From positions 1 to 20,160 of the forward strand of contig BBVC01000004.1 of assembly GCA_001192655.1 (NCBI GenBank): a stretch of 20,160 bases of DNA, in the 5' to 3' direction. The notes beneath the pieces are model-generated. The model saw nothing but the letters and a program-made list of their open reading frames with translations. It had not been told where the DNA came from and did not search any database. How positions within the stretch are numbered: position 1 is the stretch's first letter; every line of letters begins with the position of its first letter. The position numbers were made by a program, and so were the translations under genes. The DNA is from Caedimonas varicaedens (GTDB taxonomy: Bacteria > Pseudomonadota > Alphaproteobacteria > Caedimonadales > Caedimonadaceae). This document shows positions 1 through 8,143 of this stretch, piece after piece.

Positions 1-227
1 AGCTATATATAAGACTTATGAACTCATTGTCTATATCTGTTTTAAGGCGATGATTTTTTTCTTTTTCAGAAAGGGAAGGAAAATTCCTTGCAGAGCGTGC
101 GTTCAAGAGAAATCTGTGATTTTATAAAGTTATTTTTTAAAATCTTTCAAATAATGGTTGAAAAAAGAAGATAACTATTCCTCGCTGACATCATCTTCAG
201 AAAGAGAGCGAGTCTGGATTGATGATG

Positions 228-1592
228 TTACTCTTTTTCTTTCACAAGCCGTTCAGCCAAGGACTGAATATCCGCTGCACGCAATTTATCAGGACCACTC
301 TTAAGATGGTATTGAGACCGTTTCGATTGAGTTAGTGCAATTTTAGGCTTGTCATTGGCAAGAGCTTCTTCCGCAAGGGCAAGGGAAGACATTCCCAGAT
401 TGCCACCACGCCCATAGGCAATGGCAAGAAGCCGCCATGCAAAAGAATTTTCTTCTTCATCTTTGAGGACATTGCGAAGCTCATGAATGGCTTCTTTGTC
501 CATTTTGGGCTGATTTTTTTCAATAAGAGTTTGAGCGTAAGCCAGGTGAATAAGAGGTGCATCCGGCTTAATCTCAATTGCTTGTTTGTAAGACGTTAAA
601 GCGTCATCCAGACGTCCCTGCTCAAACATGAATTGTCCCTTGATTTCGTGAAAGTAAGGATCTCGGGGAAATTCATGAATAAGCCCATCCAGTTGTTTGC
701 TTGCTTCTGGAAAATTATTCTCCCGGTAAAAGGCAATCGCTCGTGCATAGCGGGCTTTTACAGATTGGTCTGTTGCACGATACGTTAAAAGCGTTTTCCC
801 TGGTGGTTCAAGATAAGCAGATAATTTTGCAATCATGCGATCATATTTTTCATAAAAATCCTGAGGCAAGCGATTGTTTGCATAGGGAGAATTTTTCAAG
901 TGTTGTTTCAGGAAGTCCACGCGGTCACGGCTGAAAGGGTGTGTGCGCATATAAACATCTTGCTGATCCGGAGATAAATATTCTTGCTTTTCCAGCATCT
1001 GCATGAATTCCAGCAATCCTCGTGAAGACCACTTCAAGTCATCCAGGTAATGAACACCTGAGCTGTCGGCTGTGCCTTCCTGTCCCCGTGAATAATGAAA
1101 GACGATCCCCTGAGCCATAGACATCCCTCCCAGTATAGAAGCCATAGCTGCATCAGAAGAATTGCTTGCGATCGCAGCGGCTGTCCCTAATGCCATCGCG
1201 GCCATAGCAGCCAGGGTTGCTTTTCCCATCGCACCCTCCGTACGTGAGATGTGTCCCCCTGCAATATGTCCTGTTTCATGGGCAAGGACTCCAATGACCT
1301 GTTCAGGCGTTTTACTCTCAAGAAGAAGCCCTGTGTTGATGAAAATAGAATAACGAATACTTGCTGATGCATTGATCTCAGGATTTACAATCACATAAAG
1401 ATTCAGGGACTTTGGATCAAGCTTTGCAACCCTGAAGAGAGGAGTGATGTATTCATGAAGGGTTGCTTCAATCTCTGCATCCCTGATGAATGATCCCGTT
1501 TGAAGGGGGGGAGCCGCAGAAAGTCCCTGCAAAAACAGGATACAAGAGATTATTATAAAAACAGTGGGGCGAAACAATCGTCCACGATGCAT
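228..1592 (-). CDS. M48-family zinc metallopeptidase with C-terminal TPR-like repeats (BepA/YfgC-like), exported
   Basis: 454-aa ORF. Signal-peptide-like N-terminus (MHRGRLFRPTVFIIISCILFLQGLSA/AP). HExxH zinc motif in LAHETGHIAGGH. The C-terminal half reads as TPR-like helical repeats (AIAFYRENNFPEASKQLDGLI, ALTSYKQAIEIKPD, LAIAYGRGGNLGMSSLALAEEAL). A GAGG Shine-Dalgarno lies inside the rne 3' end about 9 nt upstream of the ATG. Confidence 0.85.
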   Translation of the reverse strand: MHRGRLFRPTVFIIISCILFLQGLSAAPPLQTGSFIRDAEIEATLHEYITPLFRVAKLDPKSLNLYVIVNPEINASASIRYSIFINTGLLLESKTPEQVIGVLAHETGHIAGGHISRTEGAMGKATLAAMAAMALGTAAAIASNSSDAAMASILGGMSMAQGIVFHYSRGQEGTADSSGVHYLDDLKWSSRGLLEFMQMLEKQEYLSPDQQDVYMRTHPFSRDRVDFLKQHLKNSPYANNRLPQDFYEKYDRMIAKLSAYLEPPGKTLLTYRATDQSVKARYARAIAFYRENNFPEASKQLDGLIHEFPRDPYFHEIKGQFMFEQGRLDDALTSYKQAIEIKPDAPLIHLAYAQTLIEKNQPKMDKEAIHELRNVLKDEEENSFAWRLLAIAYGRGGNLGMSSLALAEEALANDKPKIALTQSKRSQYHLKSGPDKLRAADIQSLAERLVKEKE

Positions 1593-1597
1593 TTATT

Positions 1598-3898
1598 CTA
1601 CCTCATGAGTTGAGAAGTCTTTTCCACCATTGAGTCTTTTTTTTTAGAGACAGTCTCTGTGGGAGAATGCTCAGAAAGATCTTGAGTCAAGGGTTGATTT
1701 TGAGGACTCGTTTCTGAAGTATTCTTTTGAGTTGAAGAGCTAGGACTTGCTTCAGGCTGTGTGCCTTCATTTTCTTTTTGAGGAAATTGTTCCCGTTTAT
1801 GAAAATGACGGCCCCGTCGTGAACGATGACGACGTTTGTTCGTTGTGGTCTCATGATTTTGAGGAGGAATTTCTTTTTGTTCTTCTTGATTTAAGTTCTC
1901 AGTTTCCTGGAGAGGAACAGCTTCAATGATGGAAGGCGTTGACGTTGTTATATTGTCACTGGGATGCCCTGCACGATTTTTATTATATCGCTGGCGGGAA
2001 CGGCGATGACGTCCACGATTGTTTGGGCTTACTCCTGTAGAAGGCGTTGTTTCTGATGAAGATGAGGGCGTTACTGTTTCTCCTGGTCGTTGTGAATCTT
2101 CCCTGGAATGACTGGAACGTTCAGAAGAAATTGGTTGCAGTGCAGTAGTTTTATTGGAATCTGTATTATCTTCATTGCGTCGCTTCAGGCGTGTTATACG
2201 ATAGTTGGATCCCATAAGGCTATCATCTCCTTCGACGAATACCTTTACTTGCAGTCTTGTTTCCATTTTCTGAAGATGTTCGCGCTTGGCATTCAAAAGA
2301 TAGAAAGCAACGAGAATCGGAATATGTATTTGAAACTCTGAGACTTTTCCTGACAAGGCCTCTTCTTCAATGACTCTTAAAATATAAAGAGATGTTGATT
2401 CAGTGGATCTTACATAGCCTGTTCCGTTGCAATGCAGACAAGGATGAGCACTGGTCTCTAAAATACTGGGACGCAGTCTTTGTCTTGAAAGCTCAAGCAA
2501 GCCAAAGGGGCCAATTTTACCCATTTGAATGCGCGCTCTGTCGTTTCGAAAGGCTTCACGCAAGCGCCGCTCAACAGACATAATATGACGATGATCTTCC
2601 ATATCAATAAAATCGATGACGATGAGTCCGGCAAGATCACGTAAACGCACTTGACGCGCAATTTCATCGGCTGCTTCCAAATTGGTTTTCACAGCTGTTT
2701 CTTCAATGTGTCTCTCTCGTGTGGATCGTCCTGAGTTGATATCAATTGAAACAAGCGCTTCTGTAGGATGAATCACAATTGATCCGCCAGAAGGCAAATG
2801 CACAACAGGGTTGTGCATCTCATCAATCTGTACTTCAACTTTAAATTTGTGAAATAAGGAAAGCTGGAGATCCTTATAATGATGAACACGTTTTACATGG
2901 CTTGGCATCAATGTTTTCATAAAGGAACGGGCGGACTTATACCCTTCTTCTCCTTCAACGTGAACTTCATCCACGTCTTTGGCATAAAGATCACGAATTG
3001 CACGCTTGATAATATCATCTTCCTCATAAATAAGAGCAGGGGCGATGGATTGCAACGTCAGATCACGAATCCCGTTCCAGGCACGCATCAGAAATTCTGC
3101 ATCTCTCTTTATCTCTGTTTTGGTGCGTTCATGTCCCGCTGTGCGAATAATTAATCCCATACCTTCCGGAATAGCCAACTCTTCAAGGACTTTTTTGAGA
3201 CGCATACGATCATTAGCATTGGAAATTTTGCGGGAAATTCCTCCGCTTCGCGGCGAGTTGGGCATTAGAACGCTATAACGTCCTGCAATGGAAAGAAATG
3301 TGGTGAGTGCCGCTCCTTTTCCACCACGTTCTTCCTTGACGACTTGCACAAGAAGAATCTGGTTTTTATGAATGACTTCCTGAATCTTATACATTTGATG
3401 TAAGAGAGGTCTTTTGGGCGATGTAAGTTCATCATCATCATTGAGTGGTGCTTCACCACCCAGGATAGCGATGGGCATTTCAAAGGCGCTTTCTTCGCTT
3501 TCTTCCTGTTTTTCGTCTCCTTCTTCAGTAGCTTTTTCTTCGTCTTTGAAAGATTTTTGCTCTTCCTGTGCAGGAAGTATTATCTCTTCAGCGTGTTCTT
3601 CCAGGGAAGCCTTATTCATCTCTTCTTTCAGCGCTTCACGATCAGAAACGGGAATGCGGAAATAATCCGGATGAATTTCGCTAAAGGCCAAGAAACCATG
3701 ACGATTGCCGCCATAATCAACAAAAGCAGCCTGAAGGGAAGGTTCTACACGAGCAATCTTCGCCAGATAAACGTTTCCCTTGACTGTAAGTTTGGTAGCG
3801 CTTTCGAAATCGAAATCAATAAGGCGATTTTTTTCAGAAATAAGGGCAACGCGGGTTTCTTCACTATGCGTTGCGTCAATAATCATTCTTTTTGTCAT
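1598..3898 (-). CDS. rne: Ribonuclease E
   Basis: 766-aa ORF. Blocks align by eye with E. coli RNase E: KGAALTTFLSIAGRYSVLMPNSPRSGGISRKI, LPSGGSIVIHPTEALVSIDINSGR, EETAVKTNLEAADEIARQVRLRDLAGLIVIDFIDM, RARIQMGKIGPFGLLELSRQRLRPS, and the Zn-link CLHCNGTG. The C-terminal tail of about 195 aa is low-complexity and rich in Arg/Ser/Thr/Pro. Confidence 0.93.
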   Translation of the reverse strand: MTKRMIIDATHSEETRVALISEKNRLIDFDFESATKLTVKGNVYLAKIARVEPSLQAAFVDYGGNRHGFLAFSEIHPDYFRIPVSDREALKEEMNKASLEEHAEEIILPAQEEQKSFKDEEKATEEGDEKQEESEESAFEMPIAILGGEAPLNDDDELTSPKRPLLHQMYKIQEVIHKNQILLVQVVKEERGGKGAALTTFLSIAGRYSVLMPNSPRSGGISRKISNANDRMRLKKVLEELAIPEGMGLIIRTAGHERTKTEIKRDAEFLMRAWNGIRDLTLQSIAPALIYEEDDIIKRAIRDLYAKDVDEVHVEGEEGYKSARSFMKTLMPSHVKRVHHYKDLQLSLFHKFKVEVQIDEMHNPVVHLPSGGSIVIHPTEALVSIDINSGRSTRERHIEETAVKTNLEAADEIARQVRLRDLAGLIVIDFIDMEDHRHIMSVERRLREAFRNDRARIQMGKIGPFGLLELSRQRLRPSILETSAHPCLHCNGTGYVRSTESTSLYILRVIEEEALSGKVSEFQIHIPILVAFYLLNAKREHLQKMETRLQVKVFVEGDDSLMGSNYRITRLKRRNEDNTDSNKTTALQPISSERSSHSREDSQRPGETVTPSSSSETTPSTGVSPNNRGRHRRSRQRYNKNRAGHPSDNITTSTPSIIEAVPLQETENLNQEEQKEIPPQNHETTTNKRRHRSRRGRHFHKREQFPQKENEGTQPEASPSSSTQKNTSETSPQNQPLTQDLSEHSPTETVSKKKDSMVEKTSQLMR

Positions 3899-4379
3899 TA
3901 TGTAACTCCCAACTTTGAAGCTATTTTATGCTTGAAATGCCTAAAACAGCACAAGTTCTGTCAGGAGCAATCGAACTGACTTTTGCTTATGTATGTCCCT
4001 CAAGGAAAGAGGCATATACGAACGCATTCTCTCCATCCTTTAAATGGGTTGATTGTGGAAATATTCCGTAGGCAACTGGTGAGGGCTTTTTTCCCGCAAA
4101 CATTGCAAAACCTTTAAGCAAAAAGTCCGACGCTCAAATTATTCCAGAACACGAACTATGTTTAACCGTTAATCCATATAGGTAATGAGGGAAATTCTGC
4201 CATCATCCTTAAAATGACTTTTACTGTTTTATTCCCTCAAAAAATCACTGCCAGAATAACTGGTATTTACAGAAATTACAATCATTTTTATGATACCGGC
4301 CCATTGCCAAAATTGGTTCTTCTTTTATTTTTAGCTTAATTTATGATATAAAGCCCGTAATTAAGTAAAGGTCTTTTGC
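3899..4379. promoter_or_regulatory. Divergent rne / mrcA control region; probable long rne 5' leader
   Basis: 481 bp with no credible ORF between the start codons of divergently oriented rne (3898, minus) and mrcA (4380, plus). It must contain both promoters. I could not place -35/-10 boxes unambiguously in this AT-rich stretch. Confidence 0.35.
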
Positions 4380-6920
4380 GTGTTAAAGCGTTTTTCTTAT
4401 ATATTGGCAATCATTGTGCTGACCCTTCTGATAGCGTTGGGGGGGATGCTGGCCTTATTTTACCATTATGGTTCGGGACTTCCTGACTACCAGCATCTGG
4501 CTGATTATAAGCCTCCTGTTGTGACGCGATTGTATGCCAATGATGGACATATGTTTGCAGAATATGCCTGGGAAAAAAGAATCTACGTTCCTGTTCAATC
4601 TATTCCCAAAAGAGTTATTCAGGCTTTTTTGGCAGCTGAGGATAAAAATTTTTATCAACATTCCGGAATTGATATTCCCAGTATTATTTCGGCTGCTTTG
4701 ACGAATATTGGACGCGTTGCCGAATCCAAACGCCCAGTTGGCGCTTCTACGATTACCCAGCAAGTGGCAAAGAACTTTCTTTTAGCCGATATTGCCCATG
4801 CTGTTTCCTATGAGCGCAAAATCAAAGAAGCAATTCTCGCCTTTCGTCTTGAGAGCGCCTATTCCAAAGATTACATCCTGGAATTATTTTTGAACGAGAT
4901 TTATTTGGGGTCGAGTTCTTATGGAGTGGCTGCAGCAGCTCTTAACTATTTCAATAAAAGTTTGGATGAATTAACAATTTCAGAAATAGCTTATTTGGCA
5001 GGACTTCCGAAAGCGCCAAGTCGCTATCACCCTGTGCGTTATCCAGAAGCCGCCAAAATACGGCGCAATTACGTTGTGCGGCGTATGTTTGAAGACGGCT
5101 ACATCACAGCACAGGAAGCAAAAGAAGCTGCGGCTGAACCCATTGTTCTGCATGAACGTAACCCAGGAGAAGTCGTGCATGGAAGCTATTTTGCAGAAGA
5201 AGTTCGGCGAGAGCTTATGGAGAAGTTTGGTGAAAAAGCGCTTTATCAGGAAGGTCTTGTCGTTCGAACGTCATTGGATCCGCAATTGCAGGAAGTCGCT
5301 CGGCAATCCTTGCGGCAGGGTCTGATTGATTATGATCGTCGGCATGGATGGCGTGGAGCAATCTTGCATCTTATCCTTTCTAAAGAAGAAAAGACTTTGC
5401 CTGAAAAAGCTAAGGAAGCTTTAGCTCCCTGGATTCCAAAACTTAAAGCAGTTGTTGAGCCTTCAGGAATTGGTGCGTGGCATATGTCTGTCGTTCTTGC
5501 CGTCGGATCTCAAGAAGTGACAATTGGATTTAAGGATGGAACATCTGGTCAAATTAGTCTTAAGGAACTTCAGTGGGCGAGAAAATATATTAATGAATAT
5601 GCTCTTGGAAGTGGTGTTGTAAAACCAGGAGATGTTTTATCTGTTGGTGATGTTATCCTTGTGGAACCTTCTTTAAACGATAAAAAGAAATTTAAACTCT
5701 GCCAGATTCCTGCTGTCTCTGGTGCTATTATTGTGATGGATCCCCATACAGGGCGCGTTCTTGCCATGCATGGGGGATTTAGTTTTAAAATCAGCCAATT
5801 TAACCGTGCTACCCAAGCTATGCGCCAGATAGGGTCAACTTTTAAGCCCTTTGCGTATCTTGCTGCGCTGGAAAAGGGATTGACACCTTCTACGCTTTTG
5901 TATGATGGTCCTTTTTCCATTGATTTGGGTCCTGGACTGGGAGTTTGGAGTCCTCGTAATTACGAAAGGGATTATTTGGGTTCCATTACTTTAAGGCGCG
6001 CTTTTGAACTCTCTCGCAATCTTGCTCCTGTTCGAATGACGCACGAGTATGTAGGAATGAAAAATGTCAAGCAAGTTGCTGAGAAACTGGGTGTCGTTGA
6101 TCACTTGCCTCTTCAGCTTGCTACTGTTTTGGGCGCTGCTGAATCAACACTTTTAAAAGTGACGACAGCCTATGCCATGATTGCAAATGGTGGCAGGAAA
6201 ATAACCCCCACGCTTTTGGATCGAGTTCAGGACCGGCATGGAAAAAACCTCTATGTGAACCAAGGACGTTTTTGTGAGGGCTGTGGAAATGTCTATTGGA
6301 TGAATTCACCGCCTTCGTTGGTTGATAGGCGACAGCAAGTCATTGATCCTGCGACAGCCTATCAGATGATTTCTCTTTTACAAGGGGATGTAGAGCGAGG
6401 GACAGCAAAAGGGGTCAGGGATCTCAACCGTCCTTTGGCTGGAAAAACAGGGACTTCCAACGACTATCGTGATACCTGGTTTGTAGGCTTTACGCCTGAT
6501 TTAGTGGTGGGCGTATTTGTTGGATTTGATGTGCCCCGTGATTTGGGACAGCATGAGAACGGCGCTAGAGTCGCTTTACCTATCTTTAAAACATTTATGG
6601 CAGAGGCGCTTAAAAATACGCCCGCTATTCCTTTTCGAATCCCTTCGGGTATTAAATTTGTAAGAGTGGATGCTATGACAGGCCTTCCTGCTGCTGGCAG
6701 CGAACCCAATGTCATTTTTGAAGCGTTCAAACCAGGGACAGATGAAAATTCCTTTGGCAAGCCCCCTTTCAGTCAAACCCTGAGTCCTCTTTCACAAGAG
6801 CCTAAGCCTGATTCCTCTACAGAGAGTTTAGAAGAACCTTTTTCCTTGCCGACTGCTCGGCAGCCGGATGCTCTCCCTCCTGCGCCACGCACCATAGAGG
6901 GGACGGGGGGATTGTATTAG
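4380..6920 (+). CDS. mrcA: Penicillin-binding protein 1A (bifunctional glycosyltransferase/transpeptidase)
   Basis: 846-aa ORF with a GTG start and an N-terminal membrane anchor (YILAIIVLTLLIALGGMLALF). GT51 motifs: EDKNFYQHSGID, GASTITQQVAKN, RKIKEA. Transpeptidase motifs: STFK (in GSTFKPFAYL), SRN (in ELSRNLAP), KTGT (in AGKTGTSND). A central OB-like insert lies between the two domains. Pro/Ser-rich C-terminal tail. Confidence 0.92.
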   Translation: MLKRFSYILAIIVLTLLIALGGMLALFYHYGSGLPDYQHLADYKPPVVTRLYANDGHMFAEYAWEKRIYVPVQSIPKRVIQAFLAAEDKNFYQHSGIDIPSIISAALTNIGRVAESKRPVGASTITQQVAKNFLLADIAHAVSYERKIKEAILAFRLESAYSKDYILELFLNEIYLGSSSYGVAAAALNYFNKSLDELTISEIAYLAGLPKAPSRYHPVRYPEAAKIRRNYVVRRMFEDGYITAQEAKEAAAEPIVLHERNPGEVVHGSYFAEEVRRELMEKFGEKALYQEGLVVRTSLDPQLQEVARQSLRQGLIDYDRRHGWRGAILHLILSKEEKTLPEKAKEALAPWIPKLKAVVEPSGIGAWHMSVVLAVGSQEVTIGFKDGTSGQISLKELQWARKYINEYALGSGVVKPGDVLSVGDVILVEPSLNDKKKFKLCQIPAVSGAIIVMDPHTGRVLAMHGGFSFKISQFNRATQAMRQIGSTFKPFAYLAALEKGLTPSTLLYDGPFSIDLGPGLGVWSPRNYERDYLGSITLRRAFELSRNLAPVRMTHEYVGMKNVKQVAEKLGVVDHLPLQLATVLGAAESTLLKVTTAYAMIANGGRKITPTLLDRVQDRHGKNLYVNQGRFCEGCGNVYWMNSPPSLVDRRQQVIDPATAYQMISLLQGDVERGTAKGVRDLNRPLAGKTGTSNDYRDTWFVGFTPDLVVGVFVGFDVPRDLGQHENGARVALPIFKTFMAEALKNTPAIPFRIPSGIKFVRVDAMTGLPAAGSEPNVIFEAFKPGTDENSFGKPPFSQTLSPLSQEPKPDSSTESLEEPFSLPTARQPDALPPAPRTIEGTGGLY

Positions 6921-6986
6921 GCTAGATTCAATCAGGTAAACAACTCGAGTGACCTTTCTTTTAAGAGGCTTCTCACTTTTCAGATA

Positions 6987-7010
6987 TATAGCTAAAAACC
7001 TTTAAAATGG
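6987..7010. repeat. Left terminal inverted repeat (IRL) of the IS630-family element, including flanking TA
   Basis: TATAGCTAAAAACCTTTAAAATGG matches the reverse complement of 7871-7894 and of 8120-8143 at 20 of 24 positions. Confidence 0.8.
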
Positions 7011-7044
7011 TTATATTATGGATAATTTTTAAGAGGATTATTCC

Positions 7045-7413
7045 ATGACCTATTCATTAGATTTTAGACTTCGTGTTTTATCTGTAAAAAAGAAGAAAAA
7101 TTTGAGTTTTGCTGAAACGGCGGATCTCTTTGGTGTTGGAGTGACCAGTCTTGTCAGATGGGTCAAGAAGCCTGAGCCTCAGACACATCGTCATAAACCA
7201 GCCACTAAGCTTAATATGGATGCCCTTAAAGAAGATATACAGCTTTATCCTGATGCTTATCAGTACGAGAGAGCAGAACGTCTTGGTGTGAGCTCTATGG
7301 GGATATGGCACGCTTTAAAACGCTTGAATGTGACCTATAAAAAAAACGCTCAAACATCCCAAGGCCGATCCAGAAAAGCGTGCTACTTTTTGTCAAGAGC
7401 TGAAAGCTTATGA
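7045..7413 (+). CDS. IS630-family transposase, N-terminal part (HTH DNA-binding domain; orfA frame)
   Basis: MTYSLDFRLRVLSVKKKKNLSFAETADLFGVGVTSLVRWVKK...GIWHALKRLNVTYKK is the typical ISY100/IS630 N-terminal double-HTH region. AAGAGGA Shine-Dalgarno lies 8 nt upstream. After the A8 run (7339-7346) this frame reads non-homologous residues to a stop at 7411-7413. Confidence 0.85.
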   Translation: MTYSLDFRLRVLSVKKKKNLSFAETADLFGVGVTSLVRWVKKPEPQTHRHKPATKLNMDALKEDIQLYPDAYQYERAERLGVSSMGIWHALKRLNVTYKKNAQTSQGRSRKACYFLSRAESL

Positions 7414-7465
7414 AGAAGCAGGGCATCCTATCATTTCTCTTGATGAATCTGGATTTGCACACCAT

Positions 7466-7870
7466 ATGCCACGCACTCATGGTTATTCTCCAAAAGGAAA
7501 GAGATGTGAGGGGATTCATGATTGGGGAGCAAAGGGACGAACGAATGTCATCGGCGCCTTATTCCAAGGTCTGCTATTGACCGTGAGCTTGTTCTGCTTC
7601 TCGATTAATACCGAGGTGTTTACACAATGGATCATTGACGATTTACTTCCGAAACTGCCTCCTAAAAGCGTCCTTATTTTGGATAATGCCACCTTTCATA
7701 AGGGAAAAGCGATGCAAAAAGCAATTGCTGAGGCAGGGCATATCGTGCTGTATCTGCCTCCTTATTCTCCAGACTTTAATCCCATCGAGCATAAATGGGC
7801 ACAAGCAAAAGCAATTAGACGCAAAAAAAGGTGTTCTATCGAGCAATTATTTCAGGATAATAAAATATGA
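7466..7870 (+). CDS. IS630-family transposase, C-terminal DDE catalytic part (orfB frame, +1 relative to orfA)
   Basis: This frame is open from 7334. It reads PIKKTLKHPKADPEKRATFCQELKAYEEAGHPIISLDESGFAHHMPRTHGYSPKGKR...VLILDNATFHKG...LPPYSPDFNPIEHKW. The DDE-type residues are DESG, LDNA and NPIEH. The first ATG is at 7466, but the homology starts upstream of it, at the A8 run. Confidence 0.85.
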   Translation: MPRTHGYSPKGKRCEGIHDWGAKGRTNVIGALFQGLLLTVSLFCFSINTEVFTQWIIDDLLPKLPPKSVLILDNATFHKGKAMQKAIAEAGHIVLYLPPYSPDFNPIEHKWAQAKAIRRKKRCSIEQLFQDNKI

Positions 7871-7894
7871 CCGTTTTATATGTTGTTAGCTATA
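7871..7894. repeat. Right terminal inverted repeat, first copy (IRR1), including TA
   Basis: CCGTTTTATATGTTGTTAGCTATA. It begins immediately after the transposase stop codon (7868-7870). Confidence 0.8.
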
Positions 7895-8119
7895 CTTCCG
7901 AAACTGCCTCCTAAAAGCGTCCTTATTTTGGATAATGCCACCTTTCATAAGGGAAAAGCGATGCAAAAAGCAATTGCTGAGGCAGGGCATATCGTGCTGT
8001 ATCTGCCTCCTTATTCTCCAGACTTTAATCCCATCGAGCATAAATGGGCACAAGCAAAAGCAATTAGACGCAAAAAAAGGTGTTCTATCGAGCAATTATT
8101 TCAGGATAATAAAATATGA
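7880..8119 (+). pseudogene. Truncated transposase fragment (C-terminal third only) created by the duplication
   Basis: 79-aa ORF. Its ATG lies inside IRR1. From LPKLPPKSVLILDNATFHKG onward it is identical to the end of the upstream transposase. It lacks the HTH domain and the first catalytic Asp. Confidence 0.75.
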
Positions 8120-8143
8120 CCGTTTTATATGTTGTTAGCTATA
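8120..8143. repeat. Right terminal inverted repeat, second copy (IRR2), including TA
   Basis: Identical to 7871-7894, offset by 249 bp. It is followed by unique sequence (CATCCTATG...) and, 4 nt later, by the stop codon of the convergent hydrolase gene. Confidence 0.8.

Larger units (their letters stand above)
6989..7892 (+). mobile_element. IS630-family (ISY100-like, Tc1/mariner superfamily) insertion sequence, full-length copy, flanked by TA/TA
   Basis: Imperfect 24-bp terminal inverted repeats match at 20/24 positions: TATAGCTAAAAACCTTTAAAATGG at 6987-7010, versus the reverse complement of CCGTTTTATATGTTGTTAGCTATA at 7871-7894. A TA dinucleotide sits on each flank (6987-6988 and 7893-7894). 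The interior encodes an IS630-type HTH domain plus a DDE domain. Confidence 0.85.

Noticed and set aside
1-8. The window opens with AGCTATAT. This resembles the last bases of the IS630-family right end (GTTAGCTA + TA) and suggests another IS copy ending just upstream of the window.
   Set aside because: Only 7-8 nt are visible. A match of that length is expected by chance a few times in 20 kb of AT-rich DNA, for example at ~19117 inside the MFS gene. It is not supportable without the upstream sequence.
188-228. Inverted repeat ACATCATC (188-195) / GATGATGT (221-228) just downstream of the M48 protease stop, considered as a terminator.
   Set aside because: The loop is about 25 nt, the stem overlaps the stop codon, and there is no adjacent U-tract on the transcribed strand. 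This is not a convincing intrinsic terminator.
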